This document shows positions 26,490 through 40,315 of a stretch of 64,000 bases of DNA, in pieces. The notes beneath the pieces were generated by a model, which did no database searches, was not told the origin of the DNA, and saw nothing but the letters and a program-made list of their open reading frames with translations. The stretch comes from Eledone cirrhosa (Eukaryota): contig OZ024742.1 in assembly GCA_964016885.1 (NCBI GenBank), positions 348,378,001 to 348,442,000 on the forward strand, in the 5' to 3' direction. Each line of letters starts with the position of its first letter. Positions within the stretch are counted from its first letter, which is position 1. The translations under genes were made by a program, and so were the position numbers.

Positions 26490-29400
26490 GTGAAAGTGAA
26501 TGTGCTTCTATAGTTAAAGTGAGAGTAAAACTAAGGTGAATGTGAAACTAAAGGGAACGAAAAGTGATAGTGATATTGAAACTAAAGTGAAAGTGAAAGT
26601 GAAATTAAACTGAAAAGGGAATCTGAAGTGAAAGTAAATGTGAAACTAATGTAAAAGTGAAACTAATTTGACAGGGTAAGTAAAGTAAATGTGAAACTAA
26701 ATTGAAAGTAAAGGTGTAGTGAAAGTAAAGTGGAAGCTGAAACTAAAGTGAAAGTAAAGGGTAAATGAATCTAAACCGAAAAGAAAGTTCAGTGAAACTA
26801 AAGTGAAAGTGGAACTAAACTGAAAGTGAAAGTGGAACTAAAGTGAAAGTGAAACTAAATTGAAAGTGAAAGTGGAACTAAAGTGAAACGAAAGTGAAAC
26901 TAAAGTGAAAGTGAAACTAAAGTGAAAGTGAAAGTGGAACTAAATTGAAAGTGGAACTAAATAGAAAGTGAAAGTGGAACTAAAGTGAAAGTGAAACTAA
27001 ATTGAAAGTAAAAAAGAACTAAAGTGAAACTAAAGTGAAAGAAAACTAAATTGAAAGTGAAAGTTGAACTAAAGTGAAAGTGAAACTAAAGTGAAAGTGA
27101 AAGTGGAACTAAATTGAAAGTGAAAGTGGAGCTAAAGTGGAAGTGGAGCTAAAGTGAAAGTGGAACTAAAGTGAAAGGAAAATGGAACTAAAGTGAAAGT
27201 GGAACTAAATAGAAAATGAAAGTGGAACTAAAGTGAAAGTGGAACTAAATTGAAGGTGAAAGTGGAGCGAAAGTGGAAGTGGTGCTAAAGTGAAAGTGGA
27301 ACTAAAGTGAAAGGAAAATGGAACTAAAGTGAAAGTGGAACTAAATAGAAAGTGAAAGTGCAACTAAAGTGAAAGTGGAACTAAATTGAAAGTGAAAGTG
27401 GAACTAAAGTGGAAGTGGAGCTAAAGTGAAAGTGGAACTAAAGTGAAAGTGGAACTAAATAGAAAGTGGAAGTGGAACTAAAGTTAAAGTGGAACAAAAG
27501 TGAAAGTGAAAGTGGAACTAAAGTGAAAGTGAAACTAAAGTGAAAGTGAAACTAAATTGAAAGTGAAAGTGGAACTAAAGTGAAAGTGAAACTAAAGTGA
27601 AAGAGGAACTAAATTGAAAGTGAAAGTGGAGCTAAAGTGAAAGTGGATCTAAAGTGGAAGTGGAACTAAAGTGGAAGTGAAACGAAAGTGAAAGTGAAAG
27701 TGGAACTAAAGTGAAAATGAAAGTGGAACTAAAGTTAAAGTGGAACTAAATTTAAAGTGGAAGTGGAACTAAAGTTAAAGTGGAACAAAAGTGAAAGTGG
27801 AACTAAAGTGAAAGTGAAAGTGGAACTAAAGTGAAAGTGAAACTAAAGTGAAAGTGAAAGTGGAACTAAATTGAAAGTGAAAGTGGAGCTAAAGTGGAAG
27901 TGGAGCTAAAGTGAAAGTGGAACTAAAGTGAAAGGAAAATGGAACTAAAGTGAAAGTGGAACTAAATAGAAAATGAAAGTGGAACTAAAGTGAAAGTGGA
28001 ACTAAATTGAAGGTGAAAGTGGAGCGAAAGTGGAAGTGGTGCTAAAGTGAAAGTGGAACTAAAGTGAAAGGAAAATCGAACTAAAGTGAAAGTGGAACTA
28101 AATAGAAAGTGAAAGTGGAACTAAAGTGAAAGTGGAACTAAATTGAAAGTGAAAGTGGAGCTAAAGTGGAAGTGGAGCTAAAGTGAAAGTGGAACTAAAG
28201 TGAAAGTGAAATGGAATTAAAGTGAAAAGAAAATGGAACTAAAGTGAAAGTGGAACTAAATAGAAAGTGGAAGTGGAACTAAAGTTAAAGTGGAACGAAA
28301 GTGAAAGTGAAAGTGGAACTAAAGTGAAAGTGAAACTAAAGTGAAAGTGAAACTAAATTGAAAGTGAAAGTGGAACTAAAGTGAAAGTGAAACTAAAGTG
28401 AAAGTGGAACTAAATTGAAAGTGAAAGTGGAGCTAAAGTGAAAGTGGATCTAAAGTGGAAGTGGAGCTAAAGTGAAAGTGGAACTAAAGTGGAAGTGAAA
28501 CGAAAGTGAAAGTGAAAGTGGAACTAAAGTGAAAATGAAAGTGGAACTAAAGTGAAAGTGAAAGTGGAACTAAAGTGAAAGTGAAAGTGAAAGTGAACCT
28601 AAAGTGAAAGTGGAACTAAAGTGAAAGTGGAACTAAAGTGAAAGTGAACCTAAAGTGAAAGTGGAACTAAAGTGAAAGTGGAACTAAAGTGAAAGTGGAA
28701 CTAAAGTGAAAGTGGAACTAAAGTGAAAGTGAACCTAAAGTGAAAGTGGAACTAAAGTGAAAGTGGAACTAAAGTGAAAGTGGAACTAAAGTGAAAGTGA
28801 ACCTAAAGTGAAAGTGGAACTAAAGTGAAAGTGGAACTAAAGTGAAGGTGGAACTAAAGTGAAAGTGGAACTAAAGTGAAAGTGAACCTAAAGTGAAAGT
28901 GGAACTAAAGTGAAAGTGGAACTAAAGTGAAAGTGAACCTAAAGTGAAAGTGGAACTAAAGTAAAAGTGAACCTAAAGTGAAAGTGGAACTAAAGTGAAA
29001 GTGGAACTAAAGTGAAAGTGGAACTAAAGTGAAAGTGGAACTAAAGTGAAAGTGAACCTAAAGTGAAAGTGGACCTAAAGTGAAAGTGGAACTAAAGTGA
29101 AAGTGGAACTAAAGTGAAAGTGGAACTAAAGTGAAAGTGAACCTAAAGTGAAAGTGGAACTAAAGTGAAAGTGGAACTAAAGTGAAAGTGGAACTAAAGT
29201 GAAAGTGGAACTAAGGTGAAAGTGGAACTAAAGTGAAAGTGAACCTAAAGTGAAAGTGAACCTAAAGTGAAAGTGGAACTAAAGTGAAAGTGGACCTAAA
29301 GTGAAAGTGGAACTAAAGTGAAAGTGGAACTAAAGTGAAAGTGGAACTAAAGTGAAAGTGAACCTAAAGTGAAAGTGGAACTAAAGTGAAAGTGGAACTA

Positions 29401-30400
29401 AAGTGAAAGTGGAACTAAAGTGAAAGTGGAACTAAGGTGAAAGTGGAACTAAAGTGAAAGTGAACCTAAAGTGAAAGTGAACCTAAAGTGAAAGTGGAAC
29501 TAAAGTGAAAGTGGAACTAAAGTGAAAGTGAACCTAAAGTGAAAGTGGAACTAAATTAAAAGTGAACCTAAAGTGAAAGTGGAACTAAAGTGAAAGTGAA
29601 CCTAAAGTGAAAGTGGAACTAAAGTGAAAGTGAACCTAAAGTGAAAGTGGAACTAAAGTGAAAGTGGAACTAAAGTGAAAGTGGAACTAAAGTGAAAGTG
29701 GAACTAAGGTGAAAGTGGAACTAAAGTGAAAGTGAACCTAAAGTGAAAGTGAACCTAAAGTGAAAGTGGAACTAAAGTGAAAGTGGAACTAAAGTGAAAG
29801 TGAACCTAAAGTGAAAGTGGAACTAAATTAAAAGTGAACCTAAAGTGAAAGTGGAACTAAAGTGAAAGTGAACCTAAAGTGAAAGTGGAACTAAAGTGAA
29901 AGTGGAACTAAAGTGAAAGTGGAACTAAAGTGAAAGTGAACCTAAAGTGAAAGTGGAACTAAAGTGAAAGTGGAACTAAAGTGAAAGTGGAACTAAAGTG
30001 AAAGTGGAACTAAGGTGAAAGTGGAACTAAAGTGAAAGTGGAACTAAAGTGAAAGTGGAACTAAAGTGAAAGTGGAACTAAAGTGAAAGTGAACCTAAAG
30101 TGAAAGTGGAACTAAAGTGAAAGTGGAACTAAAGTGAAAGTGGAACTAAAGTGAAAGTGGAACTAAAGTGAAAGTGAACCTAAAGTGAAAGTGGAACTAA
30201 AGTGAAAGTGGAACTAAAGTGAAAGTGGAACTAAAGTGAAAGTGAACCTAAAGTGAAAGTGGAACTAAAGTGAAAGTGGAACTAAAGTGAAAGTGGAACT
30301 AAAGTGAAAGTGGAACTAAGGTGAAAGTGGAACTAAAGTGAAAGTGGAACTAAAGTGAAAGTGGAACTAAAGTGAAAGTGGAACTAAAGTGAAAGTGAAA
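26490..30400. repeat. 17-bp satellite (AAAGTGAAAGTGGAACT)n with higher-order structure
   Basis: Degenerate 6+11 mosaic on the left, homogeneous from about 28600; ctaagg variant at 29211, 29432, 29704, 30010, 30316 (spacings are multiples of 17). Confidence 0.97.
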
Positions 30401-30950
30401 GTGGTAGTGTTAGTGTTCAGGTTAATGTTCGTGTTAATGTCAGTTTTAGTGTTAGTGTTCAGGTTAGTGTTTACGGTAGTGTTAGTTTTAGTGTTAGTGT
30501 TATTTTTTCCATTAGTGTTAATGTTTTATTTTGTGTTAATGTTTGTGTTAGTGTTAGTGCTAGTCTTTGTTTTTCTGTTAATGTTAGTGTTTGTTTTAGT
30601 GTTGAGGTTAATGTTAGCTTAGTTTTCTGGTTAGTATCAGTTTTCGTGTTAGTTTTAGTGTTCAGGTTAGTTAGTGTTTTTTTGTGTTAGTTTTTATGGT
30701 AGTGTTAGTGTTAGTGCTCAGATCAGTGTTAGTGTTTGTGTTACTGTTTATGGTAGTGTAAGTTTTAGTGCTAGTGTTTAGGATAATGTTAGTTTTAGTG
30801 TAAGTGTTCAGGTTAGTAATAGTGTTAATGTTAGTTTTAGTGTTAAGGTTAGTGTTAGAGATTATGTTAATGTTAGTATTTGTTTTTGTGTTAATATTTG
30901 TGTTAGTATCTCTGTTAGCATTAGTGTTTGATGTTTCCTTTAGTGTTAGT
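30401..30950. repeat. (GTTAGT)-derived degenerate satellite, copy of about 36407-36925
   Basis: Shares unique variants such as gttcaggttaatgttcgtgttaatgtcag. Confidence 0.85.
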
Positions 30951-33900
30951 GACAGGTTTCCATGTCATAATTATTGATATGTGAAAAAAAAAAAGTAAAT
31001 TGGGAGCACCTTTAATGTCAGATTGGGTGGTAAGCACACAGAAAAAAAAAAGGAAACGGGAAGAAAATGTTTCACACCAAGATCAATAGCTGGGTGTGAT
31101 GTAGTATGGTGTATCTTGGTTTGGTGTGGTTTGGTTTGGTTTGGTGAAGTTATGAAATGGAAACCAATTGTAAACGATAGATTCCCATGTCATATTCATT
31201 GATAATGTGTGGGAAAATAGTCATTTGCAAGCACCTTTGATGTTAGTTTGAGGTGGTAACCACAAAAAAAAAAAAAAAGCAGGTAGCAAATTTGTCACAT
31301 TGATCTCCATACCATGGTGTGATGTAAATGGTAGTAGGTGTTCTGTAATAAATTTACCATATAGTGAAGTATATGGTGTGGATTGGGGTAGATTAATGTG
31401 CTGTGGTGTGCTTTGTTATAAGTGAGGATTTAAATTTCCACTTTGATTTATGTTAGAAAAAAAATTTTTTCTTCATTTTTGCATGTGCTATCAACTTCCA
31501 AGATGCTCGCAGTGGACTATGCTTTTAGCATATTAACAAAAAATATGACTTACGCTGCAATAAAAAATGACTAGCTTTGTAAATGGTATTTCCACCCACA
31601 TCCTCCCTCTTTTTTCTACAAAGCTAGTCATTTTCATCAGGTTTCCATGTAATAACCATTGATAATATGTGCATAAAATAGTAATTTGCAAGCACCTTTA
31701 ATGTCAAATTGGGTGGTAAGCACAAAATAAAAGAAAAAAGAAAAAATGCCAAATGAAAATTTGTCACACCAAAATCAATATCTTGGTGTGATGTAGAATG
31801 GTGTGGTTTGGTGAAGTTTCTACAAAGATAGTCATTTTCGACAGGTTTCCATGTCATTATTATTGATAAGTGGAAAAAAAATAGTCAATTGGGAGCACCT
31901 TTAATGTCAGATTGGGTGGTAAGCACACACACACAAAAAAAAGGAAACGGGAAGAAAATGTTCCACACCAAGATCAATAGCTTGGTGTGATGTAGTATGG
32001 TGTAACTTGGTATGGTGTGGTTTGGTTTGGTTAAGTTATGAAATGGAAACCAATTGTAAACGATAGATTCCCATGTCATATTCATTGATAATGTGTGGGA
32101 AAATAGTCATTTGCAAGCACCTTTGATGTTAGTTTGAGGTGGTAACCACAAAAAAAAAAAAATAAAGCAGGTAGCAAATTTGTCACATTGATCTCCATAC
32201 CATGGTGTGATGTAAATGGTAGTAGGTGTTCTGTAATAAATTTACCATATAGTGAAGTATATGGTGTGGATTGGGGTAGATTAATGTGCTGTGGTGTGCT
32301 TTGTTATAAGTGAGGATTTAAATTTCCACTTTGATTTATGTTAGAAAAAAAATTTTTCATTCATTTTTGCATGTGCTATCAACTTCCAAGAAGCTCGCAG
32401 TGGACTATGCTTTTAGCATATTAACAAAAAATATGACTTCCGCTGCAATAAAAAATGGCTAGCTTTGTAAATGGTATTTCCACCCACATCCTTCCTCTTT
32501 TTTCTACAAAGCTAGTCATTTTCATCAGGTTTCCATGTCATAACCATTATGTGCATAAAATAGTAATCTGCGAGCACCTTTTATGTCAAATTAAGCACAA
32601 AATAAAAATAAAAAAAAATTAAAAAATGCCAGACGAAAATTTGTCACACCAAAATCAATATCTTGGTGTGATGTAGAATGGTATGGTGAAGTTTCTACAA
32701 AGATAATCATTTTCGACAGGTTTCCATGTCATAATTATTGATAAGTGGAAAAAAATAGTCAATTGGGAGCACCTTTAATGTCAGATTGGGTGGTAAGCAC
32801 ACACGCAACAAAAAAAAAAGGAAACGGGAAGAAAATGTTCACACCAAGATCAATAGCTGGGTGTGATGTAGTATGGTGTATCTTGGTTTGGTGTGGTTTG
32901 GTTTGGTTTGGTGAAGTTATGAAATGGAAACCAATTGTAAACGATAGATTCCCATGTCATATTCATTGATAATGTGTGGGAAAATAGTCATTTGCAAGCA
33001 CCTTTGATGTTAGTTTGAGGTGGTAACCACAACAAAAAAAAAAAAGCAGGTAGCAAATTTGTCACATTGATCTCCATACCATGGTGTTCTGTAATAAATT
33101 TACCATATAGTGAAGTATGGTTATGGTGAATTTATGGTGTGGATTGGGGTAGATTAATGTGCTGTGGTGTGTTTTGTTATAAGTGAGGATTTAAATTTCC
33201 ACTTTGATTTATGTTAGAAAAAAATTTTTTCATTCATTTTTGCATGTGTTATCAACCTCCAAGAAACTCGCAGTGGACTATGCTTTTAGCATATTAACAA
33301 AAAATATGACTTCTGCTGCAATAAAAAATGACTAGCTTTGTAAATGGTATTTCCACCCACATCCTCCCTCTTTTTTCCTACAAAGCTAGTCATTTTCGAT
33401 AGTTTTCCATGTCATAATTATTGATAATATGTGCGAAAAATAGTCAATTGCAGCACCTTTGATGTCAGATTGGGTGGTAAGAACACACACAAAAAAAAAA
33501 AGAAACAGGAAGAAAATTTTTCACAGCGATCAAAAGCATGGTGTGATGTAGAATGGTGTAGTTTGTTATGGTGTGGTTTGGACTGTTGTAGTTATGACAT
33601 GGGAACCTATTGCAAATGATAGGTTTGCATGTTATATACATTGATAATGTGTAAAAAAATAGTCATTTGTGAGCACCTTTGATATCAGATTGGGTGGTAA
33701 GCACACACAGAAAAAAACAAAACAAGAAGAAAAATGTTCTCACTGAGATTAATAGCATGGTGTGATGTAGTATGGTGTAGTTTGATGTAGTTTAATATGG
33801 TATGGTTTTCCAACCTCCAACATGCTCACAGCCGACTATGCTTTTACCATCATCATCATTTTACGTCCACTTTTCCCTGCTTGCAAGGGTGGGACGGGAA

Positions 33901-34600
33901 CTGATTCTGGCTTGATTTCTACAGCTGGATGCCCTTCCTAACACCAACCTCATTTACAGTGAGTGCTGGGTGGTCTTTGCCCTTGCACCTACACGACCAC
34001 TTTGCAGTGGAATGATAGGGACACCAGTCCCTATCATCTCATTTCTACAGCTGAGTAAACTGGAGCCATGAGAAATAAAGTGTCTTGCTCAAGGAAACAA
34101 CACACCACCCGGTCTGAGAATTGAACTCACAACCTTTCGATTGCAAGACCAATGCTCTAACCACTAAGCCATGTGCCTCCATTACCATATTAACAACAAA
34201 TATGACTTTCACTTCAATCAAAAATGACAAGCTTTGTGAATGGTATTTCCACCCACTTTCCGCCCTCTTTTTTTCTACAAAGCTAGTCATTTTCAATAGG
34301 TTTCAAAGTCTTCATTGATAATATGTGCAAAAAATAGTTAATTGTGAACACTTTTAATGTCAGATTGGGTGGTAAGCACACACACAAAAAAAGTAGGAAG
34401 AAAATTTTTCACACCGAGTTCAATAGCATGGTGTGATGTAGTATGGTGTAGTTTGTTATGGTGAGGTTTGGTTTGGTGTAGTTTGGTATGGTTTAGTTTG
34501 GTGTAGTTATAACATGGACACCTATCATAAATTTACCAAGGTATGGTATAATCTGGTTTGGTGTAGTGTAGGTTAGTGTGGTGTGGAGTGTTATTGTGTT
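30951..34600. repeat. Complex tandem array of about 880-bp units built from shorter sub-repeats
   Basis: gacaggtttccatgtc at 30951, 31840 and 32715; recurrent gcacctttaatgtcagattgggtggtaagcac. Confidence 0.9.
33848..34180 (-). mobile_element. Full-length CORE-type SINE
   Basis: Matches the family; taccat-like flanks suggest a short TSD. Confidence 0.88.
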
Positions 34601-34699
34601 GCATCGTATAGCGTGATTCTCTTTAAATTAAAATCATTAAAATGTAATGACTATCTTCTATATCTTAAAGAGTGACCTTAAATGTGATTGCAAATGACT

Positions 34700-37600
34700 T
34701 TTTTCTCTGGGTTAATGTTAGATTTAGGGTTAGTGTTAGGGTAAGTTTTACTGTTAATGGTAAGTTTATTGTTAGTGACTGTGTTACTGTTAACATTACT
34801 GTCACGGTTACTGTTACTGTAACTGTAACTCTTATAGTTACTGTTTGCGTTACTGTCTGCATCAGCGTTAGCATTTGCATAAGCGTCTATGTAAGCTTTT
34901 GTGTTAGTGTCTATGTAGACTGGTGTTAGCATCTGCGTTAGTGTTTGCGTAAGTGTCAGCATCTATGTCAGCATTTGCGTCAGCGTCTGTATTGGTGATA
35001 GTGATTGTGTCAGCATTTCCCTTAGCGTCTGAGTCAACATTAGTGTTTGTTTCAGTGCCTGCGTCTACGTCAGCTTCTGAGTCAGCATTATCATTAGCCT
35101 CCGCATCAGCACTTGTGTCAGTGTCAGCATTTCCCTCAGTGTCAGCGTTTGCATCAGCGTGCATGTCAGCATTTGCGTTAGCGTCAGCATACACGTCAGC
35201 GCCGGCAAAACTGCCTCAACATTTGTGTCAGCGTTAGCTTGGCTTTGGCTTCAGCAATCCGCATCAGCAATTGCGTTTTGGAGATCAGCTTCGGCGGTAA
35301 GGGTAAATGCTAATTTCTACGCCTGCTTCTACGTAACAACTACGTCAGCGTTTTGTTAGCTTCTACGTCAGCGTTTACGTTAGCTTCTACGTCAGCATCT
35401 ACGTTAGCGTCTACGTTAACATCTACGTTCATCGTTTATGTTAGCTTCTACATCAGCATCTACATTAGCTTCTACGTCAGCGCTTACATTAGTGTCTGTG
35501 TCAGCGTTTGTGTTAGCTTCTACATCAGCGTCTGTATTTACATCTACATCAGCGTCAGCGTTTACATTTACGTCTGTGTCAGCGTTTACGTTAGCTTCTA
35601 CGTCATCGTTTACGTTAGCGTCTGTGTCAACGTGTGTTAGCATCTGTGTCAGCGTTTATGTTAGCGTCTGCGTCAGTGTTTATATTAGCATCTGCGTCAG
35701 TGTTTACGTTAGCATCTGTGTCAACGTGTGTTAGCATCTGTGTCAGCGTTTATATTAGCATCTGCGTAAGTGTTTACGTTAGCATCTGTGTTAACGTGTG
35801 TTAGCGTCTGTGTCAGCATTTTCATTAGTGTTTGCATCAGTGTTTTCTTTAGCTTCTACATCAATGTTTACGTCTGTGTTAAGGTTCACATTAGCATCGC
35901 TGTCATCGTTTGCGTCAGCATTTGCGTTTGCTTTAACATCTGCATCAGCATTTGCGTCTGTGTTTGCATTTGCTTTAGTGTTTGCATCAGCGTGAGCATT
36001 TGTGTCAGTGTCCACATCAGCGTTAGAGTCTGTGTAGCATTTACATCAGCGTGTGCCTCAGAGTCTTTGTCAGCATTCGCCTTTGCACCTGCATCAGTAT
36101 TCATTCACGTTAGTGTTTGTGTCAGCGTAAGCGATTGTGTCAACATTTGCGCTAGCGTTTGTGCCAGCATAGCCATCTTCATCAGTGTCAGCTTTGGCGT
36201 TAGTGTTTCCATTAGTGTTCGTGTTAGTGTTTGATTTTGTATTAGTGTTAGCATTTTTGTTAGTGTTAGTGTTAGCATTTTTGTTAGTGTTAGTGTTCAG
36301 GTTAATGTTGACTTAGTTTTCTTGTTAGTGTTAGTTTTCAGGTTAGGGCTCATGTTACTTTTTTTGTTAGTGCTCAGGTTGGTGGTTTATGGTAGTGTTA
36401 GTTTTAGTGGTAGTGTTAGTGTTCAGGTTAATGTTCGTGTTAATGTCAGTTTTAGTGTTAGTGTTTTATTTTGTGTTAATGTTTGTGTTAGTGTTTCCAT
36501 TAGTGTTAGTGCTAGTCTTTGTTTTTCTGTTAATGTTAGTGTTTGTTTTAGTGTTGAGGTTAATGTTAGCTTAGTGTTCTGGTTAGTATCAGTTTTCGTG
36601 TTAGTTTTAGTGTTAGTGATCAGGTTAGTGTTAGTGTTTTTTTTAGTGTTAGTTTTTATGGTAGTGTTAGTGTTACTGTTAGTGCTCATATCAGTGTTAG
36701 TGTTACTGTTTATGGTAGTGTTAGTTTTAGTGCTAGTGTTTAGGTTAATGTTAGTTTTAGTGTAAGTGTTCAGGTTAGTGTTAGTGTTCAACTTATGTTA
36801 GTGTTAATGTTAGTTTTAGTGTTAAGGTTAGTGTTAGAGATTGTGTTAGTGTTTGTTTTTGTGTTAATATTTGTGTTAGTATCTCTGTTAGCATTAGTGA
36901 TTGATGTTTCCATTAGTGTTAGTGATTGTGTTAGCATTAGTCTTTGTTTTTGTGTTAATGTTAGCATTAGTATTTCTGTTAGTGTTAGCATGAGTGTTTG
37001 TGTTAGTGTTCAGGTTAATGTTAGCTTAGTTTTCAGGTTAGTGTTCAAGTTAATGTTAGTTTTAGTGTTAGAGATTGTGTTAGTGTTTGTTTTTGTGTTA
37101 ATATTTGTGTTTGTATCTCTGTTAGTGTTAGTGTTCAGGTTAATGTTAGTTTTAGTGTTGAAGTTAATGTTAGTGTTAGTTTTAGTGTTAAGGTTAGTGT
37201 TAGAGATTGTGTTAGTGTTAGTATTTGTTTTTGTGTTAATGTTTGTGTTAGTATCTCTGTTAGCACTAGTGTTTGATGTTTCCATTAGTGTTAGTGATTG
37301 TGTTAGCGTTAGTCTTTGTTTTTGTGTTAAGGTTAGCGTTAATGTTAGCATTAGTATTTCTGTTAGTGTTAGCATTAGTGTTTATGTTAGTGTTCAGGTT
37401 AATGTTAGCTTAGTTTTCAGGTTAGAGTTAGTGTTCAAGTTAATGTTAGTTTTAGTGTTAGTGTTAAGGTTAGTGTTAGAGATTGTGTTAGTGTTTGTTT
37501 TTGTGTTAATATTTGTGTTAGTATCTCTGTTAGCATTAGTGATTGATGTTTCCATTAGTGTTAGTGATTGTGTTAGCGTTAGTCTTTGTTTTTGTGTTAA

Positions 37601-38500
37601 TGTTAGCATTAGTATTAGTATTTCTGTTAGTGTTAGCATGAGTGTTTGTGTTAGTGTTCAGGTTAATGTTAGCTTAGTTTTCAGGTTAGTGTTAGTGTTC
37701 AAGTTAATGTTAGTTTTAGTGTTAGAGATTGTGTTAGTGTTTGTTTTTGTGTTAATATTTGTGTTTGTATCTCTGTTAGTGTTAGTGTTCAGGTTAATGT
37801 TAGTTTTAGTGTAAGTGTTCAAGTTAATGTTAGTATTAGTTTTAGTGTTAAGGTTAGTGTTAGAGATTGTGTTAGTGTTAGTATTTGTTTTTGTGTTAAT
37901 ATTTGTGTTAGTATCTCTGTTAGCATTAGTGTTTGATGTTTCCATTAGTGTTAGTGATTGTATTAGCGTTAGTCTTTGTTTTTGTGTTAATGTTAGCGTT
38001 AATGTTAGCATTAGTATTTCTGTTAGTGTTAGCATTAGTGTTTATGTTAGTGTTCAAGTTAATGTTAGTTTTAGTGTTAGTGTTGAGGTTAGTGTTAGAG
38101 ATTGTGTTAGTGTTTGTGTTAGTGTTTGTTTTTGTGTTAATATTTGTGTTAGTACCTCTGTTAGCGTTAGTGTTTGTTTTAGTGTTGAAGTTAATGTTTG
38201 CTTAGTTTTCTGGTTAGTATCAGTTTTCAGATTAGTGTTTGTGTTACTTTTAGTGTTAGTGCTCAGGTCAGTGTTTGTGTTTACAGTAGTGTTAGTTTTA
38301 GTGCTGGTGTTCAGGTTAGTGTTAGTGTCAGTTTTAGTGTTCAGGTTAGTGTTTGTGTTAGTTTTCTATTTAATGTTAGTTTTCAGATTTTGTGTTTGTG
38401 TTAGTTTTCATGTTAGCGCTAAGTTCGCTGTTAGAGCCTGTGTGAGTGCAAGTGTTAGGGTAAGTGTTATTTTTAAAGTTTGGTTTTAGCTTAAAGTTAG
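34700..38500. repeat. Hexamer-derived satellite grading from (GTCAGC/GTTAGC) to (GTTAGT), with a ~648-bp higher-order repeat
   Basis: Direct reading; parallel ORFs starting at 37010 and 37658 show the 648-bp offset. Confidence 0.9.
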
Positions 38501-39764
38501 GTTTTCTACTTTCCAAGAAAAAAAAGTTGATCCTCTCTAACTTGAGTGGTGTGATATAGTGTGGTAAAGTATAGTGTTTCATAGTCTTGTGTGGTGTTGT
38601 CTATTGTTGTATAGTGTAGTATGGTATATTGTTTCATAGCATGGTCTGATGTGAGGTCATACAGTGTTTCGTAGTGTGGTGTTGGATAATGTGGTATGGT
38701 ATAATGTTTGTCAGTGTGGTGTGGCATGGTATGGTATAGGTTGATGTAGTGTGGCTTAGTTTGATTATAATAATACAAATAATAATAACAATAATAATAG
38801 TAATAATAATTGTTCTTCTTGTTCATTTTCTTTGTCTTCTTCTGTGCCTTTGTTTTCTTCTGTGCCTTTGTCTTCTTCTGTGCCTTTGACTTCTTCTCTG
38901 CCATCTAAATACCAAAAACAAAGAATGTAAAACATATATGTTGCCTATCTCTCAGACTTTACAAAGTTCTGAGGAGATAAAGTTAATTTAAAGAGCAGTG
39001 TGCTCATGCACTGTGATCCTATAATGTAGCTTATAAGCTATTTCACAACTAAAAAACAATGTCAACCATCAACAAAAGTATATACAAATATCTATGAATG
39101 TTTAAGTTAAACCTAAATAGATCGTTTCTACAGGTCATTAGGTTAAGGCTGAACTAAGATCATATCTATAAATCATTAGGTTTAGACTGAACTGAGATCA
39201 TACTTTCTTCTTCTTTTCGTCATCTTCGTTTCCCGTGTCTTCTTTGTCTTTGTTGTCATTTTCATTTTAGTTGTCTGCTTCGTCGTCTTTTTCTTCTTTT
39301 CCATCTAAATATAAAAAAAAATTGCAAACAAATATATAGCTGATCTCTCAGACTTTCACGAAACACCGAGGAGATACAGTTAATATAATGAGTGGGGAGC
39401 TCATATATATATATATATATATATGGTATAGCATGGTGTTATGTGGTCTGGTGTGGTACAACATGGTGTGATGTGGTGTGGTATGATATGGTGAGGCGGT
39501 GGTGGTGGGGGTGGGGGTGGGGGGCAACGTTAGATTAATGTTAACAATACACATGTAGCATCCACATGTGATGAGAAGGAGGAAACAGTGTTTAACTAAT
39601 TTTAACATTACATGTAGCATCCATCTACAGGTGATTAAGTTAAGACTGAGGTGTAATCATATGAAAAGGTCAATGAAGTGTTTACTTACTCAGATCCTTT
39701 GAAATAACTTTCTCTTACTGTAACTGGACATACCTACAAAATAGAAAACAGTCAAATAGACAGT

Positions 39765-40310
39765 GCTGTGGTGTAGTGTAGTGTAGTGTAGTGTAGTGTA
39801 GTGTAGTGTAGTGTAGTGTAGTGTAGTGTAGTGTAGTGAAGTGTAGTGTAGGGTAGTGGAGTGTGGTTTAGTGTAGTGGACAGTGGTGTGGTGTAGTGTG
39901 GTGTGATGTAGTGTAGTCTAGTGTAGTATAGAGTAGTGGAGTGTGGTTTATTGTAGTGGACAGTGGTGTGGTGGAGTGGAGTGTGGTTCAATGTAGGGTG
40001 AGGGATATGGTGTAGTGGAGTGTGGTGGGATGTAGTGTGGTAGCGTGTGGTGTGATGGCATGTGATGTGATGGGGTGTGGTGTGGTGAGATGTGGTGTAG
40101 TGTGGTGAGATGTGGTGTGATGTGATGTGATGTGGTGTGAAGTGGTGTGGTGAGATGTGGTGTGGTGAAATGTGATGTGGTGAAATGTGATGTGGTGAAA
40201 TGTGATGTGATGTGGTGAGATGTGGTGTAGTATGTGGTGTGGTGAGATGGGGTGTGGTATGGTGTGATGTGATGGTGTGCGGAGTGATTTGATGTGGTGT
40301 GATGTGATGT
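39765..40310. repeat. Pentamer repeats (GTGTA/GTGTG/GTGAT)n
   Basis: Direct reading of the sequence. Confidence 0.92.
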
Positions 40311-40315
40311 GAAAT

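Noticed and set aside
26490-30400. CRISPR-like regular array
   Set aside because: No unique spacers, no cas genes, and the context is eukaryotic; it is a tandem satellite.
36795-38489. Long VL-rich ORFs as membrane proteins
   Set aside because: Products of the GTTAGT hexamer satellite.
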